From assembly GCA_963757055.1 (NCBI GenBank), contig CAVWPX010000007.1, positions 137,070-201,069 of the forward strand: DNA of 64,000 bases. The letters are read 5' to 3'. The DNA is from an uncultured Chloroflexia bacterium (GTDB lineage: Bacteria; Chloroflexota; Limnocylindria; Limnocylindrales; CSP1-4). The notes under the pieces are model-generated. The model was given only the letters and a program-made list of their open reading frames with translations. It did no database searches and was not told the origin of the DNA. The position numbers and the translations under genes were made by a program. The stretch's first letter is position 1; each line of letters opens with the position of its first letter. Positions 55,600-64,000 of the stretch are shown piece by piece.

Positions 55600-56655
55600 A
55601 TGACGGAGCCGACGCCAGAGGGGGCAGCCGGCGGGCTGACCGTCCGCGACCTGTGGAAGGTCTTCGGCCCGGCCGAGGCGAAGGTCGCGAGTCGGACCGG
55701 CGCGCCGGACGCCGACGCCATCGAAGCCGCGGTCGCGGCCCAGGGCGGGACCATCGCCGTCCGCGACGTCTCGTTCGACGTCAAGCCCGGCGAGGTGTTC
55801 GTGGTCATGGGCCTGTCGGGCAGCGGCAAGTCCACGCTCGTCCGCTGCCTCACCCGCCTGATCGAGCCGACGCTGGGCAAGGTCGACCTCGACGGCGAGG
55901 ACATCCTCGCGGCGAACCCGGCTCGCCTTCGCGAGCTGCGGCGGAAGAAGTTCTCGATGGTCTTCCAGCACTTCGGGCTGCTCCCCCACCGGCCGGTCCT
56001 CGACAACATCGCCTTCGGGCTGGAGCTCCGCGGCGAATCGAAGGGAACACGCACCGAGCGCGCGCGCGCGATGCTCGACCTCGTCGGTCTCCAGGGGATG
56101 GCCGACCGTTACCCCGAGGAGCTGTCCGGCGGCCAGCAGCAGCGGGTGGGCCTGGCCCGGGCGCTCGCCGGCGACCCGGAGGTGATGCTGCTCGACGAGC
56201 CCTTCAGCGCCCTCGACCCGCTGATCCGCCGCGACATGCAGAGCGAGATCCTGCGTCTCCACCACGAGCTGGGCAAGACGATGGTCTTCATCACCCACGA
56301 CCTCGCCGAGGCCCTGAAGGTGGGCGATCACGTGATGATCATGCGGGCCGGCCAGATCGTGCAGATCGGCCGCCCCGAGGAGCTCGTCGCCCGCCCGGCC
56401 GACGACTACGTGAAGGACTTCGTCCGCGACATCCCGAAGTCGCACGTCCTGACCCTGCGCTGGGTGATGCGCGACGCGACGCCCGAGGACGTCCTCGACG
56501 GACCGGTCTTCACGTCCGATACGGTCATCCGCTCGGCGGTCCATGCCGTCGCGGCGAGCGAGCGGCCGATCCGCGTCATCGACGACGGGCAGCTGCTCGG
56601 GGTGGTCGACCGCGCCAATGTCCTCGAAGCCATCGCGGGCGGTGACGCCGCGTGA
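55600..56655 (+). CDS. proV: glycine betaine/proline betaine ABC transporter ATP-binding protein (OpuAA/ProV with tandem CBS domains)
   Basis: Walker [20 protein letters not shown]-terminal CBS-like regulatory region. Confidence 0.8.
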   Translation: MTEPTPEGAAGGLTVRDLWKVFGPAEAKVASRTGAPDADAIEAAVAAQGGTIAVRDVSFDVKPGEVFVVMGLSGSGKSTLVRCLTRLIEPTLGKVDLDGEDILAANPARLRELRRKKFSMVFQHFGLLPHRPVLDNIAFGLELRGESKGTRTERARAMLDLVGLQGMADRYPEELSGGQQQRVGLARALAGDPEVMLLDEPFSALDPLIRRDMQSEILRLHHELGKTMVFITHDLAEALKVGDHVMIMRAGQIVQIGRPEELVARPADDYVKDFVRDIPKSHVLTLRWVMRDATPEDVLDGPVFTSDTVIRSAVHAVAASERPIRVIDDGQLLGVVDRANVLEAIAGGDAA

Positions 56656-58580
56656 CCGCGATCCGCTGGGGCGAGACGACCCTCCCGAACCCGGCGAGCT
56701 CGAAGCGGGCGCTGCTGGTCGTGCTCGGCATCGCCGCGGCGATCGCCTACCTCCTGTTCCACGACCAGTGGACGCTCCCGCACGACGACGACGCGGGGAT
56801 CTTCCGGACACTGAACGGGGTCCATGACGTCATCGCCGACAACCGCAAAGTCGTCGACCCCATCCGGATCGGCATCACCTCGCTGGTCGACCTGTTCGAC
56901 GAGATCCTCGCATCGCTCGGCTGGCCGGGCGTGATCGGCTTGATCAGCGCGCTCGGGCTGCTGTTCGGGGGGTACCGGCTGGCCCTGCTGGCGGGCCTCG
57001 GCTTCGCCTTCATCGGGGTCCTCGGGCTCTGGGACGCCACCATGGAGACACTCGCCGTCCTGCTCGCGGCCGTCGTCATCGCGCTGGCCATCGGCCTGCC
57101 GCTCGGGATCGCGGCCGGCCGGAGCAACCGGCTGAACGCCCTGCTGTCGCCGTTCCTCGACATCATGCAGATCATGCCGACGCTGGCGTACCTGGCGCCG
57201 ATCACGCTGCTCTTCCTGATCGGCAAGCCGTCCGCGACGGTCGCGACGCTGATCTACGCGCTGCCGGCGGCGATCCGGATCACCTCCCTCGGGATGCGCG
57301 GCGTGCCCCACGACACCGTCGAAGCGGCCGGCGCATTCGGCGCCAGCGGGATGCAGCGCCTGCGCAAGGTCGAGCTGCCGCTCGCGCGCCGGGCGATCGC
57401 CCTCGGCATCAACCAGACCATCATGCTCAGCCTCTCGATGGTCGTCATCGCCGGCCTGATCGGTGCCCCGGGCCTCGCTCGGAACATCGTGGTCTCCCTG
57501 TCCAAGGTCGACATCGGGACGGCCTTCGACGCCGGCCTCGCGATCGTCATCCTCGCGATCGTGCTCGACCGCGTGACCGACGCCGCCGGCGAATGGCTCT
57601 CGCCGCGCGCCCGGATCGCCCGCCGACGGAGCAGCCGTCCGGGCTGGATGCGCCTCATCGGGCCGGGGATCCTGCTGGGCGTCGGGCTCATCGCGCCGGC
57701 CATCGTCGACGCGACCGCGTTCCCCGATACCTTCCGGATGTCGTTCGCCGACCCCGTCAACGCCGGACTGGACTGGTTCACCGGGACGTTCTCGACCGCG
57801 ACCATCGGGCTGCAGAACCTCGCCACGAACGTCGCCCTGAACCCGATCGAGGGCGTCCTGACCTCGGCGCCCTGGTGGCTGATGGTCGCCATCGTGGTGG
57901 TCGCCGCCTGGGCGATCTCCGGCAGCCGGGCAGCCCTCATCTCGGCGGTCTGCCTGGGCCTGATCATCCTGCTCAACCTGTGGAACCACTCGATGGTGAC
58001 CCTCGCCAACGTCCTGGTCGCCACCGTGCTGACGCTCGTCATCGGGATCACCATGGGGATCGTCACCGCGCGAAACGATCGCGTGCGGAACGTCCTGCGG
58101 CCAGTGCTCGACGCGGCCCAGACCTTGCCGGCCTTCGTCTACCTCATCCCGGCCGTCGCCCTCTTCGCGCCGTCCCGTTTTACCGCGATCGTCGCCGCCG
58201 TCGTCTTCGCCGTGCCGCCGGTGATCCGCCTCGTCGATGTCGGCATCCGCTCGGTGCCATCGGCCGCGGTCGAGTCGGCGACCTCATCTGGCGCGACGGA
58301 CCGACAGCTCCTGTTCAAGGTCCAGCTGCCGATGTCATCGAAGACCCTGCTGCTGGCGGCCAACCAGGGCATCGTGATGGTCCTGTCGATGGTGGTCGTC
58401 GGCGCATTGGTCGGCGCGGGCGCGCTAGGCTACGACGTCATCACCGGATTCTCCCAGGGCACGCAGTTCGGGAAGGGACTCGCGGCGGGCGCCGCGATCG
58501 TGCTGCTCGGGATCATGCTCGATCGGATCACCCAGGGCGCCGGCGGCCGACGACGGTCACCGGGAGCGAGAGCCGGCTAG
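56652..58580 (+). CDS. proW: fused tandem-permease betaine ABC transporter membrane protein (two ProW/OpuAB-like domains)
   Basis: 642 aa with two repeats of the ABC type-I permease EAA-loop region. Confidence 0.75.
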   Translation: MTAIRWGETTLPNPASSKRALLVVLGIAAAIAYLLFHDQWTLPHDDDAGIFRTLNGVHDVIADNRKVVDPIRIGITSLVDLFDEILASLGWPGVIGLISALGLLFGGYRLALLAGLGFAFIGVLGLWDATMETLAVLLAAVVIALAIGLPLGIAAGRSNRLNALLSPFLDIMQIMPTLAYLAPITLLFLIGKPSATVATLIYALPAAIRITSLGMRGVPHDTVEAAGAFGASGMQRLRKVELPLARRAIALGINQTIMLSLSMVVIAGLIGAPGLARNIVVSLSKVDIGTAFDAGLAIVILAIVLDRVTDAAGEWLSPRARIARRRSSRPGWMRLIGPGILLGVGLIAPAIVDATAFPDTFRMSFADPVNAGLDWFTGTFSTATIGLQNLATNVALNPIEGVLTSAPWWLMVAIVVVAAWAISGSRAALISAVCLGLIILLNLWNHSMVTLANVLVATVLTLVIGITMGIVTARNDRVRNVLRPVLDAAQTLPAFVYLIPAVALFAPSRFTAIVAAVVFAVPPVIRLVDVGIRSVPSAAVESATSSGATDRQLLFKVQLPMSSKTLLLAANQGIVMVLSMVVVGALVGAGALGYDVITGFSQGTQFGKGLAAGAAIVLLGIMLDRITQGAGGRRRSPGARAG

Positions 58581-58606
58581 GCCGGCAAGAGGAGGAGCGA
58601 ACGGAC

Positions 58607-59662
58607 ATGCGCGATCAACGGATCGGCCGCTGGCTCAGCGGCATGGCAGTCGTCGTGATCGTCGTCACCGGGTGCGCGAAGGGCTCTGGCGACTCGGCGG
58701 CGCCCGCGAGCGCGGCTGCTCCCAGCGCGGCGGCCTCCGCCAGCGCCGCGGGCTCGGCGGCTCCCAGCGGCAGCGCGGCCGCCGCGGCGCCGGCGACCTG
58801 CAAGGGCGCCGGCGACAAGGGCGACGTCAAGATGATGATCAACCAGTGGGTCGGGGCGGAAGCGAATGTCGCGGTCGCCCAGTGCCTGCTCCAGCAGATG
58901 GGCTACAAGATCGAGACCAGCACCCTGGCCGAGGAAGTCGCGTGGCAGGGCTTCGACACGGGCGACGTCGACGTCATCCTCGAGAACTGGGGCCATCCCG
59001 ACCTCGAGAAGACCTACATCACCGACAAGAAGCTCGCCGCGGACGCCGGTCCGAACGGCGTGACCGGGATCATCGGCTGGTACGTCCCCGGGTGGATGGC
59101 CGAGCAGTACCCGGACATCACCGACTGGAACAACCTCAACAAGTACGCCGACCTGTTCAAGACGCCCGAGTCGGGCGGGAAGGGCCAGTTCCTCGGCGCC
59201 GACCCGACCTTCGTCCAGTACGACGAGGCGCTCATCGCCAACCTCGGCCTGAACTACAAGGTCGTCTTCTCGGGCAGCGAGGCCGCGACCATCACCGCGT
59301 TCCAGCAGGCCGACAAGAACAAGACCCCGCTCATCGGCTACTTCTACGACCCGCAGTGGCTCCAGAGCGAGATCAAGCTGGTCCAGGTCAAGCTGCCGCC
59401 GTACACGGCGGGCTGCGACGCCGACCTCAAGAAGGTGGCCTGCGACTATCCGCCGTATGTCCTGAACAAGATCGTCCGGACCGAGTTCCTCGACAAGGGC
59501 GGTGACGCCGCGACGTTCATCAAGAACTTCAAGTGGGGCAACGCCGACCAGAACTCGGTCGCCGACGCCATCACGAACAAGAAGCTGAGTGACGAGGACG
59601 CCGCGAAGGCGTGGATCGACGCCAATCCCACCGTGTGGCAGGCGTGGATGCCCGCCTCCTAG
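58607..59662 (+). CDS. proX: glycine betaine ABC transporter substrate-binding lipoprotein (OpuAC/ProX family)
   Basis: lipobox VVTGC, Ala/Ser linker, aromatic-box Trp residues; Shine-Dalgarno AAGAGGAGG upstream. Confidence 0.75.
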   Translation: MRDQRIGRWLSGMAVVVIVVTGCAKGSGDSAAPASAAAPSAAASASAAGSAAPSGSAAAAAPATCKGAGDKGDVKMMINQWVGAEANVAVAQCLLQQMGYKIETSTLAEEVAWQGFDTGDVDVILENWGHPDLEKTYITDKKLAADAGPNGVTGIIGWYVPGWMAEQYPDITDWNNLNKYADLFKTPESGGKGQFLGADPTFVQYDEALIANLGLNYKVVFSGSEAATITAFQQADKNKTPLIGYFYDPQWLQSEIKLVQVKLPPYTAGCDADLKKVACDYPPYVLNKIVRTEFLDKGGDAATFIKNFKWGNADQNSVADAITNKKLSDEDAAKAWIDANPTVWQAWMPAS

Positions 59663-62196
<2,534 letters not shown>

Positions 62197-62471
62197 GCTC
62201 GCACGGGATTTCTGAGAAGGATCGAACGGACGTACGCGCAGCGCTCACGTCGCGTTAACAAACCTCTCACAATCTCTTGACGCCCGCCCGTTCGGGCTGT
62301 CCAATGCGAACACGGCGATCGATCCCCGGCGGTCCCAGGTCGGGCCGCACGAGGCGGTCACACAGGAGGGCCGATCCGGGTCGAGGAGGGCTCGGGCGGT
62401 CGGCCGCGAATGTCGACATCGATACGCATCCGGGCATCGACGTCGATGCCCTCTCGATCGGAGGAGAGACT

Positions 62472-63616
62472 TTGTCCGCACAACGTTCCCTAGCTCGAGC
62501 CGCCGGCCTGCTGGCCGTCGCGACCCTCGTCTTCGCCGCCTGCTCGTCGAGCGGGTCGAGCGCGGCCCCGTCCAGCGGCGCGTCCGCCGCGGCCGGTGGC
62601 GGCGGCGCCAGCCAGGAGCTGATCGACGCCGCCAAGAAGGAAGGCCAGCTGTCGGTCATCGCCCTGCCCCACGACTGGTGCAACTACGGCGAGATCATCA
62701 CCAACTTCAAGGCCAAGTACGGCCTGACGGTCAACGAGATCACCCCGGACGCCGGCTCCGGCGACGAGATCGAGGCGATCAAGGCCAACAAGGACAACCC
62801 CGGCCCGCAGGCGCCGGACGTCGTCGACGTCGGCATCACCTTCGGCGACTCGGCCAAGGCCGACAAGCTGATCCAGCCGTACAAGGTCTCGACGTGGGAC
62901 ACCATCGATCCCAAGCTCAAGGACCCGGACGGCTACTGGTATGGCGACTACTTCAGCATCCTGACCTTCGAGATCAACAAGGCCGCCGTCAAGAACTCGC
63001 CGGCCGACTGGGCTGACCTCCAGAAGCCCGAGTACAAGAACCAGGTGGCGCTCGCCGGCGATCCGCGCCAGTCCAGCCAGGCGTACAACGCGGTCTACGC
63101 GTCGTCGCTGGCCAACGGCGGCTCGCTCGACGACGCGTCGAAGGGCCTCTCGTTCTTCTCGGACCTGAACAAGGCCGGCAACTTCGTCCCGACGATCGCC
63201 AAGACGGCGACCATCGACGCGGGGGCCACGCCGATCACCATCCGCTGGGCCTACAACGCGCTGGCCCACAAGGACATCGCCGCCGGCAACCCGGAGATCG
63301 ATGTCGTCGTCCCGGCCAGCGGCCGCTTCCTGGGCGTCTACGCGCAGGCGATCAGCGCCTACGCGCCGCACCTGAACGCCGCCAAGCTCTGGATGGAGTA
63401 CCTGTACTCCGACGAGGGCCAGGCCGGCTGGCTCAAGGGCTACTGCCACACGACCCGCCTCGCGGACCTCAAGGCCCGGGGCGTCTCGTCCGACCTGATC
63501 GCCAAGCTGCCGGACATCTCCGGTGCGGTCTACCCGACCTCGGCCGCAGGCCGCGGCCGCCAAGGACCTGATCACCAAGCAGTGGGACTCGGTCGTCGGC
63601 GCCGACGTCAAGTAGG
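62472..63616 (+). CDS. ABC transporter periplasmic substrate-binding lipoprotein (PotD/ThiB/AfuA-type family 1), one frameshift near 63545
   Basis: TTG start after GGAGAGA, lipobox VFAAC, family-1 SBP blocks; last ~25 aa in a different frame. Confidence 0.55.
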
Positions 63617-63640
63617 CACCCCGACCCACATCCGACGATC

Positions 63641-64000
63641 GTGAGCGTCTCCGCCACGGTCCTCGCAGAGCGGGACGCGCCACCGGCGCGTCCCGCGACG
63701 CAACGCCGGCGCTGGTCCTGGCTGGGCCTGCTGCCGTTCTTCATCTTCTGCGGCCTGTTCCTGGGCGTCCCGCTGGCGTTCCTCGTGATCGGCAGCTTCC
63801 TCGACCCGGCGGGCAACGCGACGCTGCAGAACTACGCCGACCTCTCGGACGCCCGCATCCTCGCGGCGTTCCGGAACAGCATCGAGATCAGCCTCGTCAC
63901 CGCGATCATCGGCGGGCTCTTCGGCTTCGCCCTCGCCGGGGCCGTCATCCTCGGCGGGCTGCCGCGCTTCCTGCGCAACTCGCTGATGACCTTCTCCGGC
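63641..64000 (+). CDS. ABC transporter permease, 5' partial (continues beyond window)
   Basis: GTG start, hydrophobic N-terminal TM helix, downstream of SBP gene. Confidence 0.5.
   Translation, partial: MSVSATVLAERDAPPARPATQRRRWSWLGLLPFFIFCGLFLGVPLAFLVIGSFLDPAGNATLQNYADLSDARILAAFRNSIEISLVTAIIGGLFGFALAGAVILGGLPRFLRNSLMTFSG

Noticed and set aside
62205-62280. Possible TPP riboswitch (CTGAGA motif) upstream of the SBP gene
   Set aside because: Only the CUGAGA hexamer and a weak GAAC-like element match; the ACCC, UGAUC and GCG.AGGGA elements of the thi-box are not found.

Overview
This 64 kb window is a high-GC (~72%) chromosomal segment of actinobacterial type, densely coding on both strands. 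I found no rRNA, tRNA, CRISPR array, transposase or integrase. Content from left to right:

- **Housekeeping block:** SDR oxidoreductase, polyphosphate/ROK glucokinase, aldehyde dehydrogenase, Nudix hydrolase, HxlR regulator, HtrA-like S1C protease, purK-purE, nucleoside hydrolase.
- **Decayed ECF transporter:** an energy-coupling-factor transporter module (S, T and tandem A components) that is frameshifted throughout.
- **Sulfur cluster:** S33 lipoprotein peptidase, then the CysO-dependent cysteine biosynthesis cluster (mec-cysM-cysO plus a MoeZ-like E1 with inverted domain order), flanked by sufU and an rrf2-sufC-sufS unit.
- **Quaternary-amine / C1 catabolic island (about 25.8-62.2 kb):** a tightly packed seven-gene corrinoid-dependent operon built around a non-pyrrolysine MttB-family methyltransferase (corrinoid protein, DUF1638, small ORF, MtrH-like methyl-THF:corrinoid methyltransferase, RamA-like reductive activase, MttB homolog, MetF) with a divergent IclR regulator. 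The same island carries a heterotetrameric sarcosine oxidase soxBDAG, a BetB-like aldehyde dehydrogenase, an OpuA/ProVWX-type betaine ABC importer and a dimethylglycine-dehydrogenase-like flavoprotein.
- **Interspersed clusters:** a sugar ABC transporter with bicupin, SDR and XRE-cupin regulator; an M24 peptidase / orphan TPP-dependent E1 alpha-beta / hydroxyacid dehydrogenase / amidohydrolase cluster; and an FGGY kinase plus aldose epimerase pair.

More than 30 apparent single-base frameshifts interrupt otherwise recognisable genes, clustered in the ECF module, soxA, the sugar ABC ATPase, paiB and others. This indicates either an indel-rich assembly or genuine gene decay. Coordinates of frameshifted genes are approximate.
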